Positions 40,700 to 54,812 are shown, numbered from the stretch's first letter. The stretch is 64,000 bases of DNA from Octopus vulgaris (GCA_951406725.2 OX597822.1:98456001-98520000), one strand, 5' to 3'. Numbers and translations are program-made. Notes: generated by a model from the sequence alone, not told the origin.

Positions 40700-40955
40700 A
40701 AATCTTTTTGCCAACTTATCTAGTCTGCTAAGTAAGCGTCGAATTCATTCTACAGCTTACGACCCCACGTCTAACGGAATCATAGAACGTTTTCATCGAC
40801 AACTTAAAGCAGAATTACTAGCATATTCCAATCAGGATACAAGGTCAGAGGTCCTGTGAATTGTGTTATTACGATCAGGTATCGGTGTTAAGAAAGACCT
40901 AGATTACTCCACGGCAGAATTATTATTTGGTTCGGCACTTAAACTGTCTGGTCAA
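40700..40955 (+). mobile_element. Gypsy LTR-retrotransposon integrase fragment
   Basis: TAYDPTSNGIIERFHRQLKA...VKKDLDYSTAELLFGSALKLSGQ. Confidence 0.8.
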
Positions 40956-40959
40956 GTAA

Positions 40960-41320
40960 TATTGGCATCAAATGATAATACACCCTGTCACCAAGCACTC
41001 CTAACACGTGAATTTCTCACCAAAAAACAACATTGCTTCGCTTCCACACCCGCCCCAGTCGTAGCAGCTGTAACAGCTGCAGAAATCCATCCCTTCCCTA
41101 AGATGAAAGCGTAGCTCAAATGCCCGTTTTAACACCATTGTGGAAATCAAGAGCAATGGCAAAAGGTCTTTGATTCGTATCCAGCCCGAAAAGCAAAAGT
41201 GGCAGGATCGCTGGGACCGGTGTAGTGCTGCGCAAGGTGACTATTTCGAAGAAGATGTTAAAATTTAGTTGATTAAGTTATTATTTTTATCAAACATACC
41301 TAGTCTGGGAAATTTTGATA
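40960..41320 (+). mobile_element. mariner transposase C-terminal fragment
   Basis: DNTPCHQALLTREFLTK, LPHPP, FPKMK motifs across frameshifts. Confidence 0.75.
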
Positions 41321-42229
41321 GTTAGGTATCATCAGACTATAAACAGATTCAAGAGATGTTGACCAGGAGCTACCAAAGGTGTGATTGCACCAATGTGCTC
41401 AGCAAAGGTCAAAATATGTTGTTAGGGTAGTACGTACGAGTAACTACTCCTGTGATTAATGAGAGTGATGATAGATTTTGAAGAGAACTGATTAACACAG
41501 TTCTCTTTTAATTACCGATAAAAAGATAGATATACTCACTGCTGAATTTTTTTCACAGTATTAAACGAAGATTTGCAGTGCTTTGCAGTTTTCGTAATTG
41601 AGCAGTTTGTAAATACGCCAGTCGCTTATCTTATGCATCAATTATCAGTTCTGAAACGTGTTCCGAGTTTTGAGTTTTTGGTAGTGCTTCAGTTTTTCTT
41701 GGCTATGGAAGAGGAATGTCTGTTTGTTCGAAAAGCTAGTAGAAATTAAAAAAATATGTACTCGCAGCGTGTCACTTCTTTTGATTAGATAGCCGGAGGC
41801 ATTTAGCATGTTTGAATAATCAGAGAAAATTTTTTAATATTCACAAAAAACTTGTAGATATTCAATTTTTAAACTAGGAAACTAGTCCGTTAGAAAATCT
41901 CTGTTCGAGATAAAATGCAGTTTACGAACCAAAAGATAGTTTTACCGACACTTTAACGTAGGTGTTCTCTAAGAGGTTATAATACTGCTGTTTAATCCCA
42001 GGAAGATATCCCCAGCTGCTTTATTTTTGGCAACCTAATTTGTTGCCAAAAATATCTGTGGTTACGAATTGTCATAGTGAATATGGACCATTTTCAGATA
42101 TTTTGTTGCGGCCTCCTCACTCTAATGCCTTCTCTGTGCCCTTTTAGTTTCTCAATGTAACGTTTGTTGCCGACAGTACAACCACATTTCAGAAAATCAG
42201 GAAAAACAATGCTATTATTATCCTGAAAA

Positions 42230-42950
42230 ACAATCACCATGGCTTTGTGTACCGTTTGGTCGCTGAAGCTTGGACTTCTAAAGCATTGGAGAAGAGATGA
42301 ACTGTTGTATCGATATCATAAATTTAGCCCACCTTTCATCTCCTGTCACCAGATCCGAAATCGTCGTGTGTTCATTAGTTTAAAACGTTTCCAGCATATC
42401 AGTGCACACTTTCATGTTTCTTTGCTGAAAATCGTGTGTAGTGGTACACACTTTTCAATCATTTTCAGCCACCCCAATCCTCTCATCAACTTCTGTAATG
42501 TATTGTTACCACAGTCTAATTGTCAAACAAGCTCACAATTATGACTCATCTCTCTACGCGAGTCTATTCGTATTTCCGCAGTCGTTTCATGCCAGTGGTC
42601 GACTGATGTCGGTTGACGGTCTCCCACAGAACGATTTCATGGTTTTAGTGTTTGTTCGTTCTTCCTAAGACTTCTCTATCCATTTTTACACATTACTCTC
42701 GTCAGTGCTAACCTCTCTCTGAACAAACTCTTCCTGTGTATTGATGGCGGCCAACCTGCACTTCTCCAACTTCAACAACTCAACGATGGCAGGGAGCTAT
42801 TTCTGGGGGGTCATTATGTCTTTGCAATGCGGAAGGACATCAAGAGTGACTAAAATGAGTCACTCAACCAACACGTGCAACTGGAACGACCTGTATCACT
42901 TAATTAACACATATTTCCACTTCTGCAGTAGTTACAGTACGACCCTCGTA
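42230..42950 (-). mobile_element. mariner transposon 5' half remnant
   Basis: TA-CGAGGGTC terminus at ~42950, CGRPST (RSGRP-like), LVTGDERW. Confidence 0.7.
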
Positions 42951-44134
42951 TACACATATATTTTCCTCTAATGATAGCTTTTCGTCTTAATAAAGGAAGA
43001 AATATCGACCTTGTAGTACTAAACAGACTGGATGGTCTCGATTAAAATACATTTGATCATAGGTTTCCTCGACCAGAACTGTCTGGGGATAAGCAACAAC
43101 GATAACTCATCTGTATTGCACTCACATAACTTCTGTCCTCTTTGTGTTAAATATTTGATATGAGGTTGATGTGATATCAAATGAATGACGTATTTGGGGC
43201 ATGAATTTAATATTTGAAATACTTGCAACATTAAAGATTAAATCGTGATCTACTGACACTGGATAAAAGAAATTGATTATTTTGATATTTACAACATTCT
43301 TGCTAAGTTTAACAGGAAATCTTTCGATTTGTTTAATCACCGTCAAAACATACTTCACGTTCTTCTAGCTGTATGTCAGTCATTGACAGTTAAAACGTTT
43401 TCCTACTCATTAACGTTAACAATTATTTCGCCTCGTCAAAACCAAGCGAATTCTAAAGTATCTCACATACTGCAGGAAATATAGCGCTGGCGATTTTCAC
43501 TTAATATTGAAATCTGATTGTTTTATCCATTTTGTTTTATCAACGAAATGTAATGCGTTTCCTACTTAAAAGTATCGGTAATTTTCAAGTTTCTTTATAT
43601 TGGAACTAGTTCAAATATTGAGCAAAAGCAATTCTATGATGCTGCGAAATGCTGGAGAAAGGGTGGGGGGTCTCAAAATCCGTTGCAGTAATTCTTTGAA
43701 GCTAGCCAGCTTTCGATGATCGTTTGGTATCACAGCATATTAATTCATATTTTGTTCTTGTTGATAAACACAGGGATAATATATGACAGGCAGAATAACA
43801 CTGGTATTAAATTTCTGCATGAAACTCAAACATAATTATGCCTCGTATTAAATCAAACAAAATATGTTATGAATTTAATGAGGTCGAAAACCAGTGAGTC
43901 AAATCAACAAATTCTCCTGCAAATGAAGCACTATCTTCTCAAAAATATAAACCTGCAATATATAATTATACTTCTACAACCACTGTCGAAGGATGACGGT
44001 ATAGCCACGGGTGGGTTGACTTTTCCTATTGGTTTCCTAGACTAGAAGAGACTTGTGACTAAAGAACAGCCACAGGATGATAATTGTAGTTCATTAACAA
44101 TCGAGTCATTGTATACGGTCGCTTCTTAGAATAC

Positions 44135-44370
44135 CTATTTCTTTATTACCCACAAAGGGGCTAAACATAGAGGAGACAAACGACGACAGACATAGGTATT
44201 AAGTCGATTACATCGACCTCAGTGTATAACTGGTACTTAATTTATCGACCCCGAAAAGGATGAAAGGCAAAGTCGACCTCGGCGGAATTTGAACTGACAA
44301 CGTAACGACAGACGTAATACGGCTACGCATTTCGCCCGGCGTGCTAACGTTTCTGCCAGCTCGTCGTCTT
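44135..44370 (-). mobile_element. SINE family B with 17-bp TSD
   Basis: TSD cgcttcttagaatacct at 44120-44136 and 44380-44396. Confidence 0.9.
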
Positions 44371-44766
44371 GAACCAGCCCGCTTCTTAGAATACCTTCGG
44401 TATATATTATTCCGTTGAAATAAAATATTTCACAACTGAATAGTTCATGATTCTTTCCAGCCATTCAACACTTTGGATGATTGTCTTTAGCTAAAGCCTC
44501 GAGTTAAACAATAATGTGAGTGAGAATATTGTAGCCAAACTCTGTGGGGAAACATGTCACGCGCGCGTGTGTGTCTATGTGTGCATATATGCTCATGTGT
44601 ACGTATGCATGTATACGCGTGTGCGTGTGTGTGTATATTTGTAATACATTACATGAGGGATAACTTTTCTTTTAGGCGCGTATAAAAACACGACCATGTT
44701 ATAATTAAGGTGTTTGCCCACTTTTGTACCACGGTCACGCTTATAACAATAATATTATGAGATCAA

Positions 44767-45270
44767 AGCTGTCGCTGGTTAGCTCCATGAGGCCACCGCC
44801 TCAAGCTAGCTATTTGACACACGAACCTGCGTCCATTAAAAAAACCTTCGAACAAGGGAGGTCAGCCGCTTCATCCTGCCAGTCAGACAGCTACAGACGA
44901 CGTTTCAGGGTTGTTGCCCCCTTATCAATGCAGCGTAGTCAGACTTGCAGGTGTCGCTACTGATCGTCCCAGTTCGAAGGCTTTATTTACCTAGTTTCAG
45001 TGATAAGGGGCAACAACCCTGAAACGTCGTCTGTAGCTGTCTGACTGGCAGGATGAAGCGGCTGACCTCCCTTGTTCGAAGGTTTTTTAATGGACGCAGG
45101 TTCGTGTGTCAAATAGCTAGCTTGAGGCGGTGGCCTCATTGAGCTAACCAGCGACAGCTTTAGTCTTATATTTATAAGACTGCCATATTAGTATGGCGAT
45201 AACAATTAATTTCCAGTAACGCTGCCGTAATCTCCTTTAGAGAGACTTAGTAATTTTAATATTTCTATTA
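44767..45270 (+). mobile_element. Mini PLE-like element with 5' inversion and 14-bp TSD
   Basis: Inverted arms ~44766-44927 / 45001-45161; TSD tattatgagatcaa at 44753-44766 and 45266-45279; homologous to 17403-17898. Confidence 0.85.
44890..44934 (-). ncRNA. Minimal type I hammerhead, U3-A8 variant
   Basis: GCUGCA-UUGAUAA-GGGG(gcaacaa)CCCU-GAAAC-GUC-GUC^UGUAGC; a 5'-truncated copy lies at 45001-45037 (+). Confidence 0.8.
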
Positions 45271-45520
45271 TGAGATCAATCTTTAATTATTCTAGAATTT
45301 CTCCATCCCATCTTGAGAATGTGAGGTGTTATCAATGTGTATAGGAACTTGCTTTACGGTAAGTGAATGTGATTTTTGTTTACTATTTCAATTTTGCCGT
45401 TATATTTCCTCATTTCCAGTGTTATTTTGCTTGTGACACATGTATACATGTGCTGTCTGTGGGTTTTTTCTTCAGCATGTGATGTGATATTTTTGTGGGG
45501 AAGTCTATATATAATAAATG

Positions 45521-45904
45521 TGGAGGCGCAATGGCCCAGTGGTTAGGGCAGCGGACTCGCGGTCATAGAATCGCGGTTTCGATCCCCAGACCGGGCGTTG
45601 TGAGTGTTTATTGAGCGAAAACACCTAAAAGCTCCACGAGACTCCGGCAGGGGATGGTGGTGATCCCTGCTGTACTCTTTCACCACAACTTTCTCTCACT
45701 CTTACTACTTGTTTCTGTTGTACCTGTATTTCAAGGGGCCGGCCTTGTCACTCTCTGTGTCACGCTGAATATCCCCGAGAACTACGTTAAGGGTGCACGT
45801 GTCTGTGGAGTGCTCAGCCACTTACACGTTAATTTAACGAGCAGGCTGTTCCGTTGATTCGGATCAACCGGAACCCTCATCGTCGTAACCGACGGAGTGC
45901 TTCC
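45521..45904 (+). mobile_element. tRNA-derived SINE family C, full length, with TSD
   Basis: A/B boxes in head; atataataaatgt on both flanks. Confidence 0.9.
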
Positions 45905-46766
45905 ACATATAATAAATGTATAGAAATGTTTACTAATGTTTTCCTATCTGGTTTTGTTTTATGATCTTCAGAGTAAACTGCTGCAATCGTTTCTTGCTTT
46001 AAGTGCATAGTGAGCTGCGTGAGATTGCTTTATTTTATGGCCGATCCCTCCCTACGGTAATTCATCACATCCTGGAGATGAATCGGAGTAAGTCTAGAAA
46101 CGCTGATAATTAATTTATGAATATTATTGTCCTTACAAATTCATTATAGTAGAACTATGAAAATTAGACTACAGTCGAGTTTTCCCTGAAATATATGAGT
46201 GAGTATGCGTGTATAAATATCTGAGTATATCTTTCCCTGATATATAGCTGCGGCATATATAAACAGTCGTAAGTGTAAAAAAAAAAAAAAAAAAGGTGCG
46301 GATGCGAGACTCTTGTAATTCAGACTGATAAATGTATTGAATAAGCGGTTCGAACGTTAGAAATTCTCGATAATTGATAGTATTGATTGAAATGTGTGAT
46401 ATAATAATTAATATGTATCATGCCCAAATGATTGTATTAGAACATGTTTATGTGGAAGCTTTTTGAAGATTTTCATCTACAAATATATTGATCTCTCACA
46501 GTAAAATTAGCAAATCTTGTACATGTAACAAAAACGACAGTTTAACGCTATTTAGATTTAGATTATATAAAACACTTTTCTCGTTATTTTTCACTTGAAA
46601 CAGATACGCATCAACACCAACAGTAAACCTACATTACTACTTAATTTGAAATCAAGATTCAATCAACAGCGCCATCAAAAAGCTCGTGAAAATTCCTTAA
46701 TTACATTAAGTCGTTAATGAATTACTCGTACGAAATCCAACGAAACGTAAACCACATAACACTTCA

Positions 46767-46925
46767 GCCGTTACGTTCTGAGTTCAAATTCCGCCGAGGT
46801 CGACTTTGCCTTTCATCCTTTCGGGGTCGATAAATTAAGTACCAGTTACGCACTGGGGTCGATGTAATCGACATAATCCGTTTGTCCCCTCTGTGTTTAG
46901 CCCCTTGTGGGCAGTAGTGAAATAC
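46767..46925 (+). mobile_element. 5'-truncated SINE family B with TSD
   Basis: cataacacttcag on both sides. Confidence 0.85.
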
Positions 46926-47720
46926 ACATAACACTTCAGGAAATATAGCTAGGTTTATTCCACAGCAGATATATTTCGTTGCATCTCTGTGACAGACAGT
47001 AATTATTCAAATTTCAGTGATAGCAGTCGAGTTTCTGAACAAACTCAACACCAGAAAAGAGAAACTGCTGAAAGGAAGTGTGAATTCGTAAACAAACCGT
47101 CAACTTCATAGCCATCAGGATCACCATTACGCAAGTTTCATATATTCCATATCACAGAGATCGTACAAAGATGGCTATGCAGTACATATATAAATTTAAA
47201 ATTGAGCTTTGTGAATAATGTTTTCTAATTTCAGTAAGCTAATTTGAGATAAAAATCATTTTCACTACAGGAGTGAAGATATCAAACACTCACATATAGC
47301 ATAGCCAAAGTCTATGAAAGCATGTGACAATTCGTAATCAATAATCAACAACCGCTGTGTAAGTGGCAGGGAAGAAAACTAAACGTTTGCAATCTAGACG
47401 AAAAGCAATTTCAGAAAGAAATGCTTCAAAATAATAATTTTAAAAAATGCTTAATAAAAAAGAAAATAAAAACTGCTTAGAAATAAGAAGAAACATATTT
47501 TATGACAAAGAATTGCCGATTTCATTATAAAGCGATTCTCCACTCCAAACACTTGAACAAAAGTTAATAACTTAAAATACATAGTTTCACAACAAAAACT
47601 TCCGATGTCGAAAATGGTATTGTGTTAAGGTATTAATGACTTGTAGGTACGTGATATTTCGATATGCAGCCATACTATACTATAAAGTATATTAAACGTT
47701 TTTAAAAAGTCAAAGCTCAA

Positions 47721-47920
47721 TTACTTTGTTATAGTTATCCTTAGAGATACTCTATAGAGATTATAACCAGCACTGATTTTTGTCAGATGTAAACAAACAA
47801 TGAGATCGAGGATGAAAAATTGTTTGTTTACACCTGACGTTTTGTATACAAAACGTAGCAACAAAAATCAATGCTGGCTCTAATTTCTATAGAATATCTG
47901 TATAGATAATCTTAAAGTAA
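47721..47920. mobile_element. Foldback MITE-like element
   Basis: Imperfect ~200-bp palindrome (ttacttt...ccagcactgatttttgt / acaaaaatcaatgctgg...aaagtaa) with internal hairpins. Confidence 0.6.
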
Positions 47921-48210
47921 CTTATTAAGGTTTATTAATCACGGGTTCTTCTAAACTACAAACTATATACCAAAGACGCCTCAGATGTTTTCCTTCTCGC
48001 ATACGCGTCAGAGGTAGAGACAGCATTGGCTGGAAAGCATTTAAATGAAATATTTACTGTAAGAGGAAAAGTGTATGGGACTGTAAAACAGTGCAAAATT
48101 AAAGTGCAAATCTGAATTATACGTAACTTGCCTACCCACAAGCCTGTCCCTGAATGTTTAGGAATGAGGAACACAAAGCCAGGTATCAAGATTATATAGG
48201 ACTTTTATTA

Positions 48211-49431
48211 GTTTGGGCTGAAAGGTTCACAGGCTGATTAGGAAGATGTGATGCAATAGCTGTGAAATCTTGCATCTTAATTTCACCTCTTCTTATTAAT
48301 AGCTGCATTGTCTCTTTCCAGATAATAAGACATTTGATTGTACAAAGACATCTTCAAAAGTAACTAGTAGTGACGTCTCTCGACAATGGGACAAAATTTG
48401 GCACCGTGGTGTAATCAAGTACCAGCATGCTGACATGGTTGGTTCATTACGAATGACGCTTTACAAACAGTACAAAAGTGGGCCACTAAGTTTAGGAGGA
48501 GAAGGACGTGTCTTAAAGATGATAAAAATCTGGACATTCTGCATCTGCCTTCCTCCATCGACGAAAAACATTGATCATTGATCATTGTAATGGATGAGAG
48601 GTGATTGGCTATAAATGAAGTAGCTAATACTATTAGCATATTCAGTGAGAGACTTGAGAATATTCTGCTCAATGAACTTGGTATGACGAAGGATTCTGCT
48701 CGGGCGTGCCACGTCTTTTGACACCTGATCAAATGAGTACCAGGTTGATCACATTACGGAAGAACGTTTCCTAACCCAAAATGAGTGTTGGCTTCATCAT
48801 TTTGCGCCAGAGCCAAAGAGACAATCCACACAGCGGAAATATATATCCCTACCTGCTCCAGAGAAGGCCAAGGTTGTTTCATCTGCAAATTGGCCAATTG
48901 CCTCACTTTTGTGGGATGCAAAATGTATTGTGTTTATTAACCATCTTCAAAAGGGTTACGCCATCAATGAAAAGTACTTTTCCAACTTGCTGAGGCAGTT
49001 ACAAAAGACTGTCAACATGAAATGCCCAGAAAACTGACAAAAGGGTCCTTGTTTAATCAGAACAATGCTCCAGCACACAGGTTATTGGTTTCAACCGCTG
49101 TTGTACGTGAGTGTGACTTTGAACTGGTTGATCATCCTTTCCTATTCTCCTAATTTGGTCCCATCTGACTATCATCAGTCTCCAAGCATGAAAATACACT
49201 TGCCTGGGAACCAGTATCACAATGATGATGACATCATATCTGCTATTGATGATCTTCTGGACCAACAGGATGAGAATGAAAGCTTCTCCACCCCTGGGAC
49301 CCAAGCACTACAGCAGTAATGGAAGAAGTGTGTGAACTGTAAGAGGGACTATGTGGAAAAATAAATCTTTTTTGGTCACATTCCATGAGACTTTCTTAGT
49401 CAGCTTATAACGATTTCAGCCAACCCTCGTA
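48211..49431 (+). mobile_element. Near full-length decayed mariner transposon
   Basis: TIR remnants ggctgaaaggttcacaggctga / tcagcttataacgatttcagccaaccctcgTA; QKWATKFRRRRTCLKDD, LGMTK.SAR, NNAPAH, SYSPNLVPSDY..SPSMK.HLPG. Confidence 0.85.
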
Positions 49432-50650
49432 CCTTGTAGTCACCGTCATAGAACAGCAAGGGTCTGTTCTTAATGCAAACGTAACATTTGGTCAGATGTG
49501 GTCAGTAGATTAAATCACCATAACTTTAAAAATAGTCATGGCCTCTCAATTCCTCCAAGCAATATCAGAGTCGTGGCTTCTTGTCAATGATGTGGTGAGA
49601 TTTTCGATACCAGTATCCAGAGTAGAAAGCCTTACTCTAACAATTTTTGCAGTAAAAGTCATTTATGTGTGCCCTTCACAGAAAGTTTAAACGGGCAAAA
49701 ACAATAAACCGTAGAAGTTGCTGTTCCTAAGTCGGCAACGGCAAAAACTCTGGAGCAGTTAAAATGTCACCATATCCATATTGCTTGGAGCTAATACCTA
49801 AATACCCATTGTCTCTGCCTCGATCGGCAGAGGTAATGATTAATTTACAACAAAAACAACAGGAACTACACGGCAGAAAACCACCCTCCCAATTATGGAG
49901 GCGAGGGCAAACGGAGGTCACAGAAGATTGTAAAAATTTGAATAAAAAAAGGAAGACCTATATAAAGCGAACGAACCAAGTTATGAAAAGCGCAAGTTCA
50001 GGTACTCAGCACGTGAAGGAAAACTGCTCTCTTGTGAGGAGATAATCTCGCATGAAGGAGAGAATATTTTTGATGAAGACGAATACCTCTCTCGTGAGGA
50101 AGCGTCTATTTCATATGAAAGTGAACTCGTCTAAATCAGGAAAAACCCATTTCCAACTCGTATGAAATGGATGTCACAGACCTTAAACAAACTAGAAATA
50201 AAAAAAAAAATTGACCTCTTACACTAAATGCAGTGGGGCGATCCGGATGAAGGAATGGTTAGGCAAAAGAGAGGATCAGAATACAAAGAACCAGAACGAA
50301 AGTTAGAATTTTAGTATAATGCTTTATGAATGCTTACATATTACGTGTTAACTATCCGAAAGATCTGACGCATATTTGTTCACTATAATCGAGGCATTAT
50401 TCATGGAGGATTCTGAAATAAACTGTATCAAACAAAACAAAAGGCATATCGTTTAAGTTATTGATTGATGTTTTATTAAGCTTCTTTCATTTGGTGTAAT
50501 TAATTAACTAGTTCCGTTGTATATTATATAAAGTGTTTCACTCACATTTTGTACATCTTAATTGTTCCATCCTAGATGCCTTAGCATGCCTAGTTTCTCG
50601 CTTTTGGTTTTTAGTATATCTGTCTTGGAACCTGTGTGATAAATAAAGAA

Positions 50651-50729
<79 letters not shown>

Positions 50730-50732
<3 letters not shown>

Positions 50733-51152
50733 TATGTTTGACTTTTGCTTTATATTTGTACAAGTTGGCTCCAAGTCACACCCAGAGACCTCAAGAGACA
50801 ACAGGTTGGAAGTTCATGTTGTTGTTATGCCTAGTGTGCCATATATCTTTTTTTTTTTGGGGGGGGGGGTTGTACTAATGAATGTCTAAAAAAAATTTTT
50901 TTTTTAAAAACCGAAAATTATGTTTGTTTTAAACCTTGAGATTACATAGAAAGTATTTTGCGTAGGATATGAGCAGTTCCCATGAGCACTATCTTTTGAA
51001 TTTCTGCCATTTTGGGGTTTCCTGGTATCTGAGTTAGGTAGCTATCAGCCCCTTTTGCTATCATTCCCAGGGCACCTATGACAACAGGTATTGTTTTAGT
51101 CTTCAGGTTCCACATTTTGCTGATTTCTATTTCAAGATCTTTATATTTGCTC

Positions 51153-51154
<2 letters not shown>
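50730..51154 (-). mobile_element. R4/Dong-like RLE LINE 3' end
   Basis: KYKDLEIEISKMWNLKTKTIPVVIGALG...QKIVLMGTAHILRKIL; flanked on both sides by (ATT)n. Confidence 0.85.
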
Positions 51155-51218
<64 letters not shown>

Positions 51219-51219
<1 letters not shown>

Positions 51220-51558
51220 GAGTGAGAGAGCAGTTCATGCCATCAAAGTGACACTGGGGTAAAATATACGAAGCCCAATATACCCATCATGACTACCCGT
51301 CTGATAAAGGTACACCAGGCACATGCATCACAACCATATGTGCGCGACATGGTGATCTCATATCAAGATAAACAGCACATGACCTTGCAGGTGGGGCCCA
51401 GTTAGAATTTTCTTCAGGTTGAGTAGCCCATCCCGCTCAAAAGGTCCCTGAATAAGGGTTGTTTAAGGATGTTGAAAGAACCACCCATGTTTCCAGAGGT
51501 GAATTATTCAAACCCCAAAGAATCCCTCTCAACACATGGCTATGATGCTCCCCCACTT
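51219..51558 (-). mobile_element. Non-coding repeat family E embedded in (ATT)n (possibly the 3' UTR of an R4-like LINE)
   Basis: Homologous copies at 53907-54475 and 54813-55125, each starting next to an ATT-type tract. Confidence 0.7.
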
Positions 51559-51599
51559 ATTATTATTATTGATAATAAGATAATAAGATGCTTCTCCAC

Positions 51600-51667
<68 letters not shown>

Positions 51668-51687
51668 GTTGTTGTTATTATTATTAC

Positions 51688-51765
<78 letters not shown>

Positions 51766-51789
51766 CATTATGTTCATATACACTCAACA

Positions 51790-52620
51790 AATTAGACTGT
51801 TGGGAAAGAAAAACATCGCGCTACAGGTAACCTTAGTTGCCAAGAACCCACCTATCGGGCTACAACAAGTAGCCTTAGATGCCAATAACTCTTCTAAGTA
51901 TCGTAGCTGTCCCCAATAACACTATACTAAAATCGGTTTTATGCCTCTTTCCTCTAGCCACCTATTCAAATCTTTAGGGATAGTTTCCAGTGCACCTATA
52001 ACTACTGGCATACATTTTACCTACACTTTCCACAGTCTCTGTAATTCAATGTCTAGGTCCTGGTAATTTCCTATTTTTACTATACTTGTCATATTAATTT
52101 TTTCATCATTTGGGACTGGGAAGTCAATTATCTGGTAATTTCTATTCTCTTTACTACTACTAAATCAGGTCTTCTAGATTCTATTACTCTGTCAGTCGGA
52201 ATGTTAAAGTCCCACAACATATTTTGTTTCTTACTTTCTAGTACTTTACTTGGTTCATGTTCATGCCATTTATCAGTATGTTCAAATCCTAGCTTTTTAC
52301 ATAGTTCCCAGTGGATTATTTTCCCTAGATTATCATATCTTTTCTTGTTTTCTTTCTGTGCCAGCATGCTACATTCATTTACTATGTGAATCACGTTTTC
52401 CTCTTCCGGTTTGCATAATCTACATTGGGAATCGACTTGGTTTTTGTCTATCTTGGCTTTAGTCCTTAATGCTTGATCTTGTACAGCTACTAACAAACTT
52501 TCTGTCTCCCTCTTCAGCTTTCCTTTCTGCAACCATAAGCATGTCTCCCTAATACTTATTTTCTGGTCATGCTTCAAGAACCCAACGAAGAAATCTTGCA
52601 GTTCCAAGCAATGCTGATTT
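51790..52620 (-). mobile_element. R4/Dong-like RLE LINE C-terminus (CCHC finger + PD-(D/E)xK endonuclease), decayed
   Basis: ETESLLVAVQDQAL, CRLC...HIVNEC, RYD.LGKIIHWELCK, LWDFNI.TD..I..RRPDLVV. Confidence 0.9.
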
Positions 52621-53097
52621 TTTTAGGTGTTCTATTTCTACATTTGTACCAATCAGTTGAATACTGATACTTTCAAGTGCCCCAGTCATTATTGGTATCA
52701 CGTGTACTTACCTCATTGACCACAAACTTCGCATTTCCCACTTCAAATCGTCGTAGTTGTTCAGTTTTTGTTCTTCTTTCTCTTTCATCCTGTTATCACC
52801 AGGTCATGCTACGTCAATTATCATGCAAGTCTTTTTTTTCTTTTATATTCACCATAACATCAATGTTCAGTTTCCAGTTTTTGGTCAGCTTATACCAAGT
52901 TTATGCTTTTTGTAGGCCGTGATTTCAACAGAGCTCCCAATGGATCATTTTGCCACATCGACATGTCGTCTTTTGTAATTGCGTTGTGCTAATTTCAGAC
53001 ATTCGCAATACCGTTCCATCTTTCTCACCACATATCCTGCATTTATCTGTCGGTAGTGCTGTCGATTCTGGACGTCACATAGTTAATCCTTAACGCA

Positions 53098-53885
53098 TCT
53101 TCTCCTCCTCCTCCTCCTTCTTCTTCTTCTTCTTCTTCTTCTTCTTCTTCTTCTTCTTCTTCTTCTTCTTCTTCTTCTTCTTCTTCTTCTTCTTCTTCTT
53201 CTTCTTCTCCTCCTCCTCCTCCTCCTACTTCTTTTCTTGTTGTCGTTGTTATTGTTGTTGTTGTTCTTCTTCTTCTTCTTCTTCTTCTTTTCTTGTTGTT
53301 GTTGTTGTTGTTCTTCTTCTTTTCTTGTTGTTTTTGTTGTTGTTGTTGTTGTTGTTCTTCTTCTTCTTCTTCTTCTTCTTCTTCTTCTTCTTCTTCTTCT
53401 CCTCGTCTTCTTCTCCTTCTCCTCCTCCACCTCCTTTTTCTTCTTCTTCTTCTTCTTCTACTTTTCTTGTTGTTGTTGTTGTTCTTCTTCTTCTTCTCCT
53501 TCTCCTCCTCCTCCTCCTTCTTCTTCTTCTTCTTCTCCTCCTCCTCCTTCTTCTTCTTCTTCTTCTCCTCCTCCTCCTACTTCTTTTCTTGTTGTTGTTG
53601 TTGTTGTTGTTGTTCTTCTTCTTCTTCTTCTTCTTTTCTTGTTGTTGTTGTTGTTGTTCTTCTTCTTTTCTTGTTGTTGTTGTTGTTGTTGTTGTTCTTC
53701 TTCTTCTTCTTCTTCTTCTTCTCCTCTTCTTCTTCTCCTTCTCCTCCTGCACCTCCTTTTTCTTCTTCTTCTTCTTCTTCTTCTTCTTCTTCTTCTTCTA
53801 CTTTTCTTGTTGTTGTTGTTGTTCTTCTTCTTCTTCTCCTTCTCCTCCTCCACCTCCTTTTTCTTCTTCTTCTTCTTCTTCTTCA
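53098..53885. repeat. (CTT/GTT/CCT) higher-order trinucleotide array
   Basis: Direct inspection. Confidence 0.95.
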
Positions 53886-53906
53886 GCTTATTAGTATCAT
53901 TATTAC

Positions 53907-54475
53907 TGAGTGAGAGAGCGGTGCATGTCATCAAAGTGACACCGAGGTAAAATATATGATGTTCAGTATACCCATCATGACTACCCAATTTCATAAAGAT
54001 ACACCAGGTACATGCATCACACCCACATGTGCGTGACATGGTGAACTTATATCAAGATAAACAGCGCATAACCTTGCAGGTGGGGCCCAGATAGCATTTT
54101 CTTCAGTTCGAGTGAGTAGCCCATCCCGCTCAAAATGACTTTGAATATGAGTTGAGAATATTGAATGAAGCACCCATGTTTCCAGAGGTAAATTATTCAA
54201 ACTCCAAAGAATGCCTCAAAACACATAACTATGATTCCCTTCCCCCCCACACACACACACAGACTACTGCTTGCGATTAGAAATGCAGATATCGTCAGCC
54301 ACTAAGCGACATGCTCAACTGGTTAAAGTCAAACAACTGAAAAGCAAGTCTGTGATATTGAGCAGAATATTTACTGTAGCCCATCTTTTATACCAAGACA
54401 AAACTTGTAAATGACGATACTTTCAATCAGTTAAGATCAGAAGCCATGAAATAGAGTCCCTGGTATTGCATCGGA
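53907..54475 (-). mobile_element. Repeat family E copy
   Basis: Homologous to 51219-51558. Confidence 0.75.
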
Positions 54476-54489
54476 GCGAATATCGTAAA

Positions 54490-54557
<68 letters not shown>

Positions 54558-54559
<2 letters not shown>

Positions 54560-54767
54560 TAGTTTTATGTTTATAGCGTGCTTTCACTTCACTACCGAGC
54601 GCAGCTCTGTGTGCCTTGGGTATGTGCTGTGATTTGTTGTGATGCTCTGATGGTTATTGTATGGAAAGTGTTCTGCGTAGGATGTGTGCAGTGCCTAGTA
54701 GTGCAATTTTCTGTATGTTATATGTGTTTGTAAGTCCTAGTGTTTTTGTTATGTATTTGTCTGAATA

Positions 54768-54770
<3 letters not shown>
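54558..54770 (-). mobile_element. R4/Dong-like LINE 3' end, another subfamily
   Basis: KYITKTLGLTNTYNIQKIALLGTAHILRRTLSIQ; flanked by (ATT)n on both sides. Confidence 0.8.

Positions 54771-54812
<42 letters not shown>

Noticed and set aside
45521-45595. tRNA genes at SINE heads (also 32150-32220, 39760-39835)
   Set aside because: A/B boxes are present but they continue into shared SINE bodies, some with TSDs, and lack a complete acceptor stem.
46065-46110. CUGGAGA...GAAACGC motif in a pLTR-like tract
   Set aside because: No NUH triplet or convincing stems.
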